Part shown: in pieces, positions 18,465 through 28,594 of the stretch
Position numbering within the stretch: the stretch's first letter is position 1
Layout: each line of letters starts with the position of its first letter
NCBI GenBank assembly: GCA_964617045.1
Contig: CAZTVZ010000004.1
Coordinates: forward strand, 15,799 to 79,798
Length of the DNA: 64,000 nucleotides
DNA from: an uncultured Gammaproteobacteria bacterium
GTDB taxonomy: Bacteria > Patescibacteriota > Microgenomatia > UBA8517
Direction of reading: 5' to 3'
The notes under the pieces: generated by a model
Told to the model about the DNA's origin: nothing
The model's database searches: none
What the model saw: only the letters and a program-made list of their open reading frames with translations
Position numbers and translations under genes: made by a program

Positions 18465-20708
18465 TTAAAGCGGGTAATTTACAACGATTGGATCAGTGGG
18501 TAATTGGCAGTCAACGCAATATATTGTTTTCAAAGGATCGTAATATATTTGATGATTTTGCATTTCAATTTGATCCGGAGGAGTATCTGGTCTTGCTATC
18601 TGTCCGTTCGTTTTATTTACAGGCAAATCAACCCGTTCTCCGTCTGTTTTTGTTGGCACCGTGTCTTTTAGAAAATATTCAAATCTTGTTGCACAACCCG
18701 TACCGTCAGGGCCCGGTGGTAGCAAACCTGTTACATTACAAATATTAGTTCCGATCACCCCCGATGGTTGTTGCATCCAAGCGTGGCCTTTGTCTTCTTC
18801 GTTGTATTCTCCCTTTTCGGCTTTGTTTAATGCAAATCGCATTACACGATTCCAAATGGGTGATGCTCCGGATACACCCGATACTGCACCTCCCATTGGG
18901 GTATTGTTGTTATTACCCACCCATACAACCGTGACTATGTGGGGAGTGTATCCGATGGTCCAATTATCCCTTCTATCGTTAGTTGTACCGGTTTTTACCG
19001 CGACTTCGGAATGACCAGCAACATTTAAGTATGAACCTTCTCCGAAGGCAGCCGATCGCGCGTTGTTATCAAGAAGCATGTGGGTAATAATAAACGGAAC
19101 TTCCGGATCCATTATTTTTTCGTCAACTATTTCATCAATTTTGGTTTCTTCATAAACTTTACCTTTCCAATCTTCAACTTTAAGGATCGATATCATTGGG
19201 GATTTTACTCCGGAATTGGCAAGGACTCCGAATGCTTGTGCCATATCGATTGGTCTAACTTCTCCTCCTCCCAGGGTTAGCGAAAGACCGTAATTTTTCG
19301 GATCTTCAAAAGTGGTAAGTCCAAGTTGTCTTGCAAAATCGATGAAGTTTTCAAGTCCGTTTAGAGCCAAAGTACGGACAGCAGGAATATTGTATGAATT
19401 ACCTAAAGCAAATCTCGTTTGAGTAAGTCCATGGAACGTGCCGTCGTAGTTAACCGGACAATATTTTGGTTGTCCCAGTACCGAAAAACAAGTTGGTACA
19501 TCGGCAAAAGCGGTTGCTGCGGTAATTTTCTTGTCCTTTACGGCCAAAGCGTAATTCAAAGGTTTAATTGAAGAACCGGGTTGTCTTTTTGCAAAAATAA
19601 TATTCACTTTTCCGTCTTCGTCTGTTGCGAAATAGTCTTTTGATCCTACCATCGCAAGTATCTCACCCGACTTGGGTCTTGTAACAAGCGCAGCACCGTT
19701 TCCGACCTTGGATTTTTTTAATCTGGCAACTTCTGTGGCAACAGTGTCTTGCGCATATTCCTGAAGTTCCAAATCCAATGTCGTTGTTACTCTGAGTCCG
19801 CCTTTTTCCACAAGTTGTTCTCCGTATTTTTCGGCTAGTTGTTCTTTTACCCAAAGTGCAAAATGGGGCGCTTTCGGCGCGGATATCACATTATATTTCA
19901 GCTCTTCAGCTGCCGCTTCATCAGCTTGTTCTTGCGAGATATATCCATCTTCGACCATTCTTTTAAGAACAGTTGCTTGTCTCTCTTTTGCATATTGAGG
20001 GTTTGCACCAAATGGTGAATATCTTGTAGGCGATTGAGGAAGGCCAGCTAATAAGGCAGCTTCGGCCAAAGATAAATCCTTTGATGATTTACCGAAATAT
20101 AATTCCGATGCAGATTCAATTCCGTAGGCAGTTGAACCATAAGGTATTTGATTCAAATACATTTCCAGTATTTTTTCTTTTGTATAAATTGATTCGACAA
20201 TCATTGTCAAAGTAAATTCTCTTATTTTTCTCCTAACCGTTCTTTCTTGTGTTAGTAGTGAGTTTTTAACCAACTGCTGAGATAAAGTTGATCCTCCTTG
20301 GAGTTTTCCTTTAAAGATAGTATTGTATGCGGCCCTAGCCATTCCGGTTATCGATATGCCGTGATGCTTGTAAAAGTCCTTGTCTTCGATAGCGATAGTG
20401 GCGTCTTTCAGATATTTGGGGAGTTCGTTAACATCAACGGGGGTTCTTCTTTGGTCGGTGTATATTTCATAAATTAGTTTTCCGTTTCTGTCGAATATTT
20501 TAGAAGAAACAGGAATTTCATCTGAAGTAAGCTTTGTTGGTAGGGGAATATCCCAATAGATATATACAAGAAGAGATACGACTATGATTAAAGCCCCCAA
20601 CCTAATCCATTTAAGATTTTTTTTGATAATTCTTTTTATCTTGGCAAACATGCCTTTTCTCTTTTTTGTGTTTTCCGAATTTTTATCCATGTAGCCACAA
20701 TTATACAA
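18465..20708 (-). CDS. Class A penicillin-binding protein, a paralog of the previous gene.
   Basis: GT51 motifs EDKDFYKHHG and GGSTLSQQL, and transpeptidase motifs QPGSSIKP, SYN and KTGT. It is in tandem with the other PBP. Confidence 0.9.
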   Translation of the reverse strand: MYNCGYMDKNSENTKKRKGMFAKIKRIIKKNLKWIRLGALIIVVSLLVYIYWDIPLPTKLTSDEIPVSSKIFDRNGKLIYEIYTDQRRTPVDVNELPKYLKDATIAIEDKDFYKHHGISITGMARAAYNTIFKGKLQGGSTLSQQLVKNSLLTQERTVRRKIREFTLTMIVESIYTKEKILEMYLNQIPYGSTAYGIESASELYFGKSSKDLSLAEAALLAGLPQSPTRYSPFGANPQYAKERQATVLKRMVEDGYISQEQADEAAAEELKYNVISAPKAPHFALWVKEQLAEKYGEQLVEKGGLRVTTTLDLELQEYAQDTVATEVARLKKSKVGNGAALVTRPKSGEILAMVGSKDYFATDEDGKVNIIFAKRQPGSSIKPLNYALAVKDKKITAATAFADVPTCFSVLGQPKYCPVNYDGTFHGLTQTRFALGNSYNIPAVRTLALNGLENFIDFARQLGLTTFEDPKNYGLSLTLGGGEVRPIDMAQAFGVLANSGVKSPMISILKVEDWKGKVYEETKIDEIVDEKIMDPEVPFIITHMLLDNNARSAAFGEGSYLNVAGHSEVAVKTGTTNDRRDNWTIGYTPHIVTVVWVGNNNNTPMGGAVSGVSGASPIWNRVMRFALNKAEKGEYNEEDKGHAWMQQPSGVIGTNICNVTGLLPPGPDGTGCATRFEYFLKDTVPTKTDGERVDLPVNKTNGQIARPDTPPDQIEMQNHQIYYDPLKTIYCVDCQLPTDPIVVNYPL

Positions 20709-20716
20709 GGGTTAAG

Positions 20717-20743
20717 TTGACTTTAAAACTTACTTCCTATTAT
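20717..20743 (+). promoter_or_regulatory. Sigma70-like promoter TTGACT-15-TATTAT for the downstream operon.
   Basis: TTGACT at 20717-20722 and TATTAT at 20738-20743, followed by the SD GGGAGGTGA at 20756-20764. Confidence 0.4.
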
Positions 20744-20770
20744 GCTTAAGTTCGACGGGAGGTGATTATT

Positions 20771-21349
20771 TTGGCAAACAAAGAAGAAACAACAAAAAAA
20801 TCAGGAAAAAATAAGACAATAATGATCATCGTAATAGCCGTTGTCGTGCTCGTAGGATTGGGAATTGTAGGGAGAATTGCTTCCCAATATATGGCTCGAA
20901 AAGCTGCTGGCGGATTTCTCTCGGCATTAACTGGTGGAAAAGCAAACGTTAATTTGACCGGTGATGAAGTAACCGTTAAAGACAAAGACGGAAATGAAAT
21001 AACGATTGGTGGTGAAGGAGCAAAACTTCCTAAAGAATATCCAAGCTCAATTCCTGAACCCAAGAACGGCAAAGTAATAACAAGTTGGTCAAGTACAACC
21101 GATGGAAGAGTCGGAATTTCCGTTATCTGGGAAGTGTCCGATTCAGTAGACAGTATTTACGAAAGCTATAAACAAGCGATCGAGAATGCCGGATTTAAAA
21201 TTACTGCAACTTTCTCTGCGGATGACACAATGACCTTTACCTTTGAAAAAGAAAGTGAAGGAGAAATGGAGGAAGGAGGTACGATCGGAGTAGGAAAGGG
21301 TGACGGAGGAAAGACAAACGTTACCTTGATGTACGGTGCAAATAAATGA
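20771..21349 (+). CDS. Hypothetical membrane-anchored extracytoplasmic protein.
   Basis: TTG start 7 nt after the SD GGGAGGTGA. Lys-rich N-terminus, one TM helix, then a Gly/Asp-rich soluble domain. Confidence 0.5.
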   Translation: MANKEETTKKSGKNKTIMIIVIAVVVLVGLGIVGRIASQYMARKAAGGFLSALTGGKANVNLTGDEVTVKDKDGNEITIGGEGAKLPKEYPSSIPEPKNGKVITSWSSTTDGRVGISVIWEVSDSVDSIYESYKQAIENAGFKITATFSADDTMTFTFEKESEGEMEEGGTIGVGKGDGGKTNVTLMYGANK

Positions 21350-21849
21350 AGCGGGACGAGTATCAAAACGAGGCCTGGTTTGAGTTCTTGGAGGAAGACC
21401 TTCAAAGCTTGTTGATAACGAGCAGTATTTTGATGGAAAAAGCTTCTTCGTGGGATGAAAAACTAATTGACTATTCTTTCGTCGTTTTTCCGGCTGCAAA
21501 AGCATACGAAGGTTATTTGAAAAAAATATTTTACGAAAGAGGGTTTATTTCGAAGGATGATTATTATGGAAAAAGATTCAGGATTGGTAAAGCCCTTAAT
21601 CCAAGTCTTGATCCAAGATTCAAAAACGAAAGTGTATATAGAAAGATAGCCATTTCTCCGGAGAAGAAAGAACTTGCCGACAAACTTTGGGAAACATGGA
21701 AACTTTGTAGAAACATATTGTTTCATTGGTTTCCAGACGAAAAAAATACGGTGACCTTAAATGAAGCAGGGGAGAGAGTTGCCAGAATAATCGATACGAT
21801 GAGCAACTGCTTTGCAGGGTGTAATATAAAGTATGACCAAAGCAAATAA
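21346..21849 (+). CDS. Hypothetical protein, possible HEPN-like domain (RNxxxH).
   Basis: No signal peptide. Near the C-terminus, RNILFH matches the HEPN Rx4-6H / HepT RNxxxH motif. ATGA overlap with the upstream gene. Confidence 0.4.
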   Translation: MKRDEYQNEAWFEFLEEDLQSLLITSSILMEKASSWDEKLIDYSFVVFPAAKAYEGYLKKIFYERGFISKDDYYGKRFRIGKALNPSLDPRFKNESVYRKIAISPEKKELADKLWETWKLCRNILFHWFPDEKNTVTLNEAGERVARIIDTMSNCFAGCNIKYDQSK

Positions 21850-22486
21850 TCAGCTTAAAGTTAAAAACGTATTTATTTTCTTCTCTTATCTTCTTATTGT
21901 TTGGGGTCTTTACAGATATTTGATTCAACTTCCTGAAGAAATCGAAGAATTGGTTATAAAACCCCTAATTTGGTTGCTTCCTCTTTTAATACTTTTAAAA
22001 AGAGAAAAAGAAGCACTGTCCAGTTTGGGGTTGACTGTAAAAAAACTGTTTCCTTCTTTGTATTTTGTAATTGGACTTGGAGCGGTTTTTGCGATAGAGG
22101 CTCTTTTGATAAATTTTCTCAAATATGGAAGTTTGAACCTGGGTAGCAATATCGGAGATAAAACAATATTAATTGCAGTGTTTATATCTCTTGTTACGGC
22201 TTTTTCGGAAGAGATCGCTTTTAGAGGATACATCTTCGGAAGATTGCGAGATGCACTCAATAATGAATGGAAAGCAAGCTTGATCTCAACTGCAATGTGG
22301 ATCGTTATTCACATTCCTATCGTGATTTTTGTAAGAGATTGGACTGTTGGATCTGCTCTTGTTTATTTACTTATAACCGGATTATTTGGAATGGGAAGTA
22401 ATTTTGTGTATGCCCGTACGGGAAATGTATTTGCTTCAATCCTCCTACATGTGGTCTGGGAATGGCCACTAATTCTTTTTCGATAA
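21833..22486 (+). CDS. CPBP-family intramembrane metalloprotease (CAAX protease / Abi-like).
   Basis: Signature motifs EExxFRG (EEIAFRGYIFGRL) and a downstream HxxxN/W region (ILLHVVWE). 6-7 TM helices. Confidence 0.8.
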   Translation: MTKANNQLKVKNVFIFFSYLLIVWGLYRYLIQLPEEIEELVIKPLIWLLPLLILLKREKEALSSLGLTVKKLFPSLYFVIGLGAVFAIEALLINFLKYGSLNLGSNIGDKTILIAVFISLVTAFSEEIAFRGYIFGRLRDALNNEWKASLISTAMWIVIHIPIVIFVRDWTVGSALVYLLITGLFGMGSNFVYARTGNVFASILLHVVWEWPLILFR

Positions 22487-22541
22487 TGCGAGGCTAAGTT
22501 GACATATTTAGCACCAAAGAAGTACTATTTAAGCTACATAA

Positions 22542-23156
22542 ATGAAACGGTATATCGGAATTGGTGTTCTTGTTCTTCTGGCGGTAACAATCCTTGGAGT
22601 ATCCCTTCTTCGTTCGGCAAGAATTGACTGTGCATTCACGGGGGAAGTGTCAAAAGTGAATCCTAATGGAGATGAAAGCATTTCTATTCCGTACAACTTT
22701 CCATATCCAGGTATGTTGCCCGATAGCCCGCTTTGGCCTTTGAAGGCTTTTAGAGACAGAGCTTGGTTGACTGTTACCCTATCGGGAGATAAAAAAGCCG
22801 AAGTACTGTTATTTTTGGCGGATAAAAGAATGGCGGCTGCAAAAAGTCTATTTGAAAAAGGAAAAGCTGAAATTGGTTTTACCACCCTTACCAAAGCAGA
22901 AAAATATTTAGAGGAAGCAAGTAGGCAAGTAGGTGATTGTTGGAACGGCAAGGAGGACCAAAAAGGGATTTCATATAAAGTTGCACTTTCGGCACTTAAG
23001 CACAGAGAGTATATGAATTATTTGATAACGATTGCTCCGGAGGATGCAAGACCGGGGATAATCAGTTCCTTTAATTATTCCAACGATGTCTTCAATAGAT
23101 GTAGGGTTTCTCTTTTGGAACGAGGAAAGCAAGCTCCTGAAAACCCCTTTAATTAG
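22542..23156 (+). CDS. Hypothetical secreted or membrane-anchored protein (DUF5667-like).
   Basis: N-terminal TM/signal, then PGMLPDSPLWPLKAF, which resembles the LPGSPLYxLK motif of a Patescibacteria-enriched DUF. Confidence 0.4.
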   Translation: MKRYIGIGVLVLLAVTILGVSLLRSARIDCAFTGEVSKVNPNGDESISIPYNFPYPGMLPDSPLWPLKAFRDRAWLTVTLSGDKKAEVLLFLADKRMAAAKSLFEKGKAEIGFTTLTKAEKYLEEASRQVGDCWNGKEDQKGISYKVALSALKHREYMNYLITIAPEDARPGIISSFNYSNDVFNRCRVSLLERGKQAPENPFN

Positions 23157-23309
23157 GACTAAAAGATAATATTGTATAAAAAATATACCCTGGACTGTGA
23201 TTGTCTTATTGCAGTATTTTCCGTAATATTTCCGCGAGCAATTTAGAACTCACTATTTATAGCCTTAACTCATGCGTGTGTTGATATATTTGGACATAAA
23301 ACTTAATAG

Positions 23310-23338
23310 TTGACCATCTAACTGTAGTGTTAGATTAT
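23310..23338 (+). promoter_or_regulatory. Promoter TTGACC-17-GATTAT upstream of nrdR, overlapping a 5-6-5 inverted repeat that is a candidate NrdR box.
   Basis: TTGACC at 23310-23315, GATTAT at 23333-23338. The inverted repeat CTAAC-TGTAGT-GTTAG (23318-23334) has a right half TAGTGT like the NrdR-box consensus. A second near-palindrome GTTTCCATATGTGAAAC sits at 23365-23381. Confidence 0.35.
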
Positions 23339-23397
23339 GTTTCTCGAACCTACCCATAGCGCTTTTTGTTTCCATATGTGAAACAAGAAAGGTCAAA

Positions 23398-23841
23398 ATG
23401 AAATGTCCGTTTTGTGCACACCTAAATACGAAGGTTTTAGAATCCAGAATTGTGGAGGAAGGCGAAGCTTTGCGCAGGCGAAGAGAGTGTATCAAATGTG
23501 GCAGAAGGTTTACAACTTTTGAGAAAGTTAGAGACACGGTTTTGTGGGTAATCAAGAAATCGGGGAAAAGAGATCCTTTCGACAGAGAAAAGGTAAAAAG
23601 AGGAATTTTAAGAGCGATAGAAAAAAGACCGGTTTCTCTGGAATTGGTTGAAGATATTGTAAACGACATAGAGAGAGAATTATTGAGAAACGGAAAAGAA
23701 GAGATACCGAGCAAATTAATAGGAAATGCAGTCTTGAAAAGATTAAAAAGAGTGGATAAAGTAGCTTGGTTGCGATTTGCAAGTGTCTATCTTGAATTTG
23801 AGGATGTTGGAGATTTTGAGAAAGCGATAGATAAAGTATGA
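23398..23841 (+). CDS. nrdR: Transcriptional repressor NrdR.
   Basis: N-terminal zinc ribbon MKCPFC...C(I)KCG followed by an ATP-cone. Length 147 aa. It sits directly upstream of the RNR genes. Confidence 0.9.
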   Translation: MKCPFCAHLNTKVLESRIVEEGEALRRRRECIKCGRRFTTFEKVRDTVLWVIKKSGKRDPFDREKVKRGILRAIEKRPVSLELVEDIVNDIERELLRNGKEEIPSKLIGNAVLKRLKRVDKVAWLRFASVYLEFEDVGDFEKAIDKV

Positions 23842-26423
23842 CAAAGAAAAACAAAATAACATTAGATTCTTTTTCATTTCCTTCATATGAGGAAATTAAA
23901 AAAGATATTATCAATAAGATCGGAGATAAACCTGCAATGCCCACCGATCTTACCGAAGGCAATTGGACCGAACAGTCTCTGAAAGTTTTAAACGAGAGAT
24001 ATCTTCTGAGAGATAAAGAAGGAAACATAATAGAAACTCCTTCGCAAATGTGTTGGAGAGTCGCATGGGAAATTGCTTCAACTGGGGTAAGGTGGGGACA
24101 AACAAAAGAGGAAGTAATAAATACTGCACGAGAATACTACCGGCTTCTTTCCTCTCACGAGTTTTTGCCAAATTCTCCAACATTAATGAATGCCGGTGCC
24201 AATAATCATATGCAACTTTCCGGATGCTATGTGTTACCAGTAGAAGATTCTTTGGTGGGAATATTTGATGCAATTAAATACCAGGCACTTATTCATCAAA
24301 CTGGTGGTGGAACAGGTTTTTCTTTCTCAAGATTAAGGCCAAAAGGATCAGTCGTTGGTTCTAGTAAAGGGACTGCATCAGGCCCAGTTTCTTTTATGAG
24401 AATATTCGATTCTGCCACAAATGAAATAAAACAAGGAGGTAAAAGAAGAGGTGCCAATATGGGTATTTTGAGGGTCGACCACCCCGATGTTCTTGAATTT
24501 ATCCATTGCAAAGAAGATGGGGGAATCACCAACTTCAATATTTCCGTGGGGATAACGGATGCGTTTATGAAGGCATATGATCGTGATGAAGAATACGATC
24601 TTGTTAATCCCAAAACAAAAGAAAAGACAGGAAGTTTGTCTGCAAGAAAAGTATTCCAAGAAATTGCGGAAAGTGCTTGGAAATCGGGTGATCCTGGTTT
24701 GGTTTTCATCGACAGGTTAAATAGGGGAACGGCAAATCCGGTTCCAGTAATGGGCCCGGTTGAATCGACCAATCCTTGTGGCGAGCAACCTCTTTATCCT
24801 TGGGATTCCTGTAATTTGGGATCGATATTCTTAACCTATTTTGTAAAAGAAAAAGACGGGAAGAAATCTGTTAACTGGGAACGATTATCCGAAGTAACAA
24901 GACTTGCGGTTAGATTCTTGGATGGAGTTATCGAAGTAAATCCATACACCCTTCCACAAATCAGACAGACAACGTTCGGGATAAGAAGAATCGGATTGGG
25001 TGTTGGAGGTTGGTCCGACATGCTAATAGAGTTGGGTATTCCGTATGATTCCGAAGAGGCTTTGGAATTGGCTGCAAAAGTAATGAAATTTGTTAATAAG
25101 GAAGCGATAGCTGAATCTGAAGAATTGGCAAAAACAAGAGGGCCTTTTCCGATGTATCCGGTATCAATATATAAACATTTGAAACCAAGAAGAAATGCAA
25201 CTCTTACAACTATTGCTCCAACGGGAACAATTTCAATTATTGCAGGAGCCTCTTCGGGAATTGAGCCGATGTTCGCTATCGCATACCAACATATTGTTAA
25301 AGACAAACACTTGGATAGAAGAATGTCTTTCGTTAATCCTAAGTTTGAAGAGTTGGCAAAGAAAAGAGAAATATGGACAGATGAAATAAGAAAAATGGTT
25401 GAGGAAAAAGGAGTAGTGAGAGCAATTGAAGAAATCCCCCAAGATATCAGAAAATTATTTGGCACTGCTCATGAAATATCTCCATCATGGCATGTAAAAA
25501 TGCAGGCAGCATTCCAAAAATATACGGACAATGCAGTCAGTAAAACAATTAATTTGGATCATAATGCAACAATTAATGATGTTAAAAAAGCATATCTTTT
25601 GGCATGGGACACCGGATGCAAGGGGATAACCGTATTCAGGGACGGTTGTAAAGATATGCAGGTATTAAATTTGGGTTTGGGTGAAGTAAAGGATAAAACA
25701 AATATCGATAATACCGGGGTTCCACTCCGTGATAGGCCGGCTAAAGTATTCGGTGCTACTTATAAAATGAACACTCCCGTTGGAAGCGCATTTATCACTA
25801 TTAATCAGGACGAAAACGAAGATCCGTTGGAAGTATTTATCAATGTAGGTAAAGCAGGAAGTGATGTTGCGGCAATGGCGGAAGCTTTGGGAAGGACAAT
25901 ATCAACTGCACTAAGATTCCGAGGGTCTTTGGGGCCGAAAGAAAAAGCCAAAGAAATTGCCGGTCAATTATCCGGAATAGGTGGAAGAAGATCTGTGGGG
26001 TTTGGACCCAACAAAGTAAGATCTTTACCGGATGCTATCAGCTCGGCATTATCAATGCACTACGGTTTTAAAATTAACGGAAACGGCCACGCTGAAGCGC
26101 CACTAAAAGCGGCCGGTGCTGTTATGGAGGCGGTGGGTTCTGCCCAGGTAGAACAAACCCCAACGGGTTATCCCGGCCCCACAATGGCTTCGACCGCCTC
26201 TAATGGCGCTTCAAACGGCAACGGACATTATACGAATGGACATTCGGCTCAAACTCTCGAAAGCATTCAAGAAATTGTTTTACCAACGGAAGATGAAGTA
26301 AAAGATTATTCTTTCGAAACAATGGAAAAACCAGGTGATATCTGCCCCGCATGTGGTGCTTCCGCTCTTGTTTATGAGGAGGGATGTTCCAAATGTCACG
26401 CCTGTGGCCATTCGGAGTGCTAA
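23838..26423 (+). CDS. nrdJ: Ribonucleotide reductase, class II (adenosylcobalamin-dependent), with a C-terminal zinc ribbon.
   Basis: RNR catalytic fold motifs LPNSPTLMNAG, SGCYV, and TNPCGEQPLYPWDSCNLGS (thiyl-radical Cys loop). No ATP cone. A low-complexity Ser/Asn/Gly linker precedes the CPACG...CSKCHACG tail. Confidence 0.9.
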   Translation: MTKKNKITLDSFSFPSYEEIKKDIINKIGDKPAMPTDLTEGNWTEQSLKVLNERYLLRDKEGNIIETPSQMCWRVAWEIASTGVRWGQTKEEVINTAREYYRLLSSHEFLPNSPTLMNAGANNHMQLSGCYVLPVEDSLVGIFDAIKYQALIHQTGGGTGFSFSRLRPKGSVVGSSKGTASGPVSFMRIFDSATNEIKQGGKRRGANMGILRVDHPDVLEFIHCKEDGGITNFNISVGITDAFMKAYDRDEEYDLVNPKTKEKTGSLSARKVFQEIAESAWKSGDPGLVFIDRLNRGTANPVPVMGPVESTNPCGEQPLYPWDSCNLGSIFLTYFVKEKDGKKSVNWERLSEVTRLAVRFLDGVIEVNPYTLPQIRQTTFGIRRIGLGVGGWSDMLIELGIPYDSEEALELAAKVMKFVNKEAIAESEELAKTRGPFPMYPVSIYKHLKPRRNATLTTIAPTGTISIIAGASSGIEPMFAIAYQHIVKDKHLDRRMSFVNPKFEELAKKREIWTDEIRKMVEEKGVVRAIEEIPQDIRKLFGTAHEISPSWHVKMQAAFQKYTDNAVSKTINLDHNATINDVKKAYLLAWDTGCKGITVFRDGCKDMQVLNLGLGEVKDKTNIDNTGVPLRDRPAKVFGATYKMNTPVGSAFITINQDENEDPLEVFINVGKAGSDVAAMAEALGRTISTALRFRGSLGPKEKAKEIAGQLSGIGGRRSVGFGPNKVRSLPDAISSALSMHYGFKINGNGHAEAPLKAAGAVMEAVGSAQVEQTPTGYPGPTMASTASNGASNGNGHYTNGHSAQTLESIQEIVLPTEDEVKDYSFETMEKPGDICPACGASALVYEEGCSKCHACGHSEC

Positions 26424-26426
26424 TAG

Positions 26427-28586
26427 ATGGAAGAAAAAATACTCTTAAATAAAAAAGTAGTAAAAGCCGGAGGTGCGGAAGAAAATTTTAACCTCGAAAA
26501 AATAAAAAACAGTATTTGGTATGCTGCACAAAACGTTGGAGGAAAAGATAAGAAACTCTCAGAAGGATTATCCAAAGAAGTTCAAAAGTATTTGTTGGAA
26601 CATTTAAACGGAGAAGAAAAAATTAAATCGAGTTTGATTGGAGAGGCTGTCGAAAAAGTATTAATCGAAAAAGGACATGCAAAAACAGCCAAAGCATATA
26701 TCTTATTCAGGGAAAACAAAAAACACTTGAGACAGGACAAAGAAACGCTTGGGGTTAACGACGATATAGGTCTTTCGTATAACACTTTGTATATTCTGAA
26801 ATCCAGATATTTAAAAAAGGATGAAAAAGGAGATGTTATTGAATCACCCCGTGAATTAATCGAGAGAGTTGCCAATTGTTTGTCTTCTGTGGAGAAAAAC
26901 GATCAGGAAAAGAAAAAATGGTTCGAAAGATTTATGAATATCATGATTTCTTTTGAGTTTTTGCCGGGAACCCGAACATTGGCTAACGCGGGACTTCGTA
27001 ATCCTCAACTGGCAAACTGTTTTGTTTTCGACCTGGAAGATGATATAGACGGAATTTTTGAAACACTTCACAAATCAACTTTGATAAAAAAACACGGAGG
27101 GGGATGCGGATATAACTTTACCAGGATTAGACCCGAAAGCGATCTTGTTAGTGGAATTCCAGGTTTGGCAGCGGGACCTGTGAGAATGATAGAAATGTTC
27201 GATTTAATGACATCACTTTTTAAACAACAGGGGAAATATGAAAGTGGGAATATGGCAATTTTAAACGCAAATCACCCTGATATTTTTAATTTTATTTCGG
27301 CCAAACAAAATGAAAATTATTTGACAAAAACCAATCTGTCCGTAGGAATAACCGACGAATTTATGAATGCTGCCGTAAAAGATAAAACATGGCAACTAAA
27401 AAGTCCGAGAACCGGGGAAATTGTCAGCGAAGTTGAGGCAAATTCAATACTTGAGTTGATGGCACAGATGGCTTGGGCAACAGGTGATCCGGGTATAATC
27501 AACCTTTCTGCAATCAATAGGGGAACCAAACTGGCAAACCCGTTATACAAAAAGAAGGGTCCAATAATGGCTACCAATGTTTGTGGTGAAATACCTTTAT
27601 ACCCTTACGAATCGTGCAATCTTGGATATCTAAACCTTACGAAATTTGTTATTGGAAAAAAGTTTGATTACAAAAGATTTAAAGAAGTAATGAAGATTGC
27701 TGTTAGGTTAATGGACAACGTAATTGACGCTTCTTGGTTCCCGGTAAGAGAAGTGGAAAAGGCGGTTCGTGATCACAGAAGACTGGGTATTGGGGTTGTT
27801 GGTTGGGCGGAAACCCTTATTATGCTTGGCATACCTTACAACAGTAGCGAAGCTTACAAATTCGCGGAAGAATTAACAAAAACGATGTATCAGACTGCTT
27901 TCAATACATCTTGCGAGCTAGCAAAAGAAAAAGGACCTTTTCCTCTTGTTCAAGATTCAATATGGGCAAATGCAAAAAGGAAACCAAGGAACGTTGCTTT
28001 AATAACTTTTCCTCCATCAAGCGGAAACGCGGTGCTTTGTGAGACCTCATATGGTATTGAACCCTTATTCGCAATTGCCTACGAACAAAACGTTTTGGGA
28101 GGAGAAAGGTTTACCAATATTAATCCTCTTTTTGTCCGAGAGTTGAGAGAAAGAGGTTTGTATTCAGAGAAGATAATCGAGAAAGTAATAAAAAATCACG
28201 GATCTGTTCAGGGAATTAAAGAAATCCCACAGGATATGCAAAAAATATACAAAGTTGCACACGATATTAACTGGAGAGATCACATCAAGATGCAAGCTGC
28301 ATTTCAAAAATGGACAGATAACGCAATTACAAAAACAATAAATATGCCTTCATCAACAACGCCGGGAGATATTAAAGAAGCTTACATTTTGGCATGGAAG
28401 CTGGGATGCAAAGGCTTAACCGTTTACAGGGATAAGACTAAACAAAACCAAGTATTTGAATTTGGAAAAAGTTCGTCTTCTGTTGGAAAGATCAGTAAAA
28501 CTTGTCCTACTTGTTCCACCAAGCTTTTTAAAGACGGTAAATGTCTGAAGTGCAAGAACTGTGGTTTTTCCACTTGTGAGTTATAA
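26427..28586 (+). CDS. nrdJ: Ribonucleotide reductase, class II paralog, with an N-terminal ATP-cone and a C-terminal zinc ribbon.
   Basis: N-terminal ATP-cone (VVKAGGAEENFNLEKIKNSI), catalytic motifs FLPGTRTLANAG, ANCFV, ATNVCGEIPLYPYESCNLG, and a C-terminal CPTCS...CLKCKNCG. Confidence 0.85.
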   Translation: MEEKILLNKKVVKAGGAEENFNLEKIKNSIWYAAQNVGGKDKKLSEGLSKEVQKYLLEHLNGEEKIKSSLIGEAVEKVLIEKGHAKTAKAYILFRENKKHLRQDKETLGVNDDIGLSYNTLYILKSRYLKKDEKGDVIESPRELIERVANCLSSVEKNDQEKKKWFERFMNIMISFEFLPGTRTLANAGLRNPQLANCFVFDLEDDIDGIFETLHKSTLIKKHGGGCGYNFTRIRPESDLVSGIPGLAAGPVRMIEMFDLMTSLFKQQGKYESGNMAILNANHPDIFNFISAKQNENYLTKTNLSVGITDEFMNAAVKDKTWQLKSPRTGEIVSEVEANSILELMAQMAWATGDPGIINLSAINRGTKLANPLYKKKGPIMATNVCGEIPLYPYESCNLGYLNLTKFVIGKKFDYKRFKEVMKIAVRLMDNVIDASWFPVREVEKAVRDHRRLGIGVVGWAETLIMLGIPYNSSEAYKFAEELTKTMYQTAFNTSCELAKEKGPFPLVQDSIWANAKRKPRNVALITFPPSSGNAVLCETSYGIEPLFAIAYEQNVLGGERFTNINPLFVRELRERGLYSEKIIEKVIKNHGSVQGIKEIPQDMQKIYKVAHDINWRDHIKMQAAFQKWTDNAITKTINMPSSTTPGDIKEAYILAWKLGCKGLTVYRDKTKQNQVFEFGKSSSSVGKISKTCPTCSTKLFKDGKCLKCKNCGFSTCEL

Positions 28587-28594
28587 TCTTCAAA

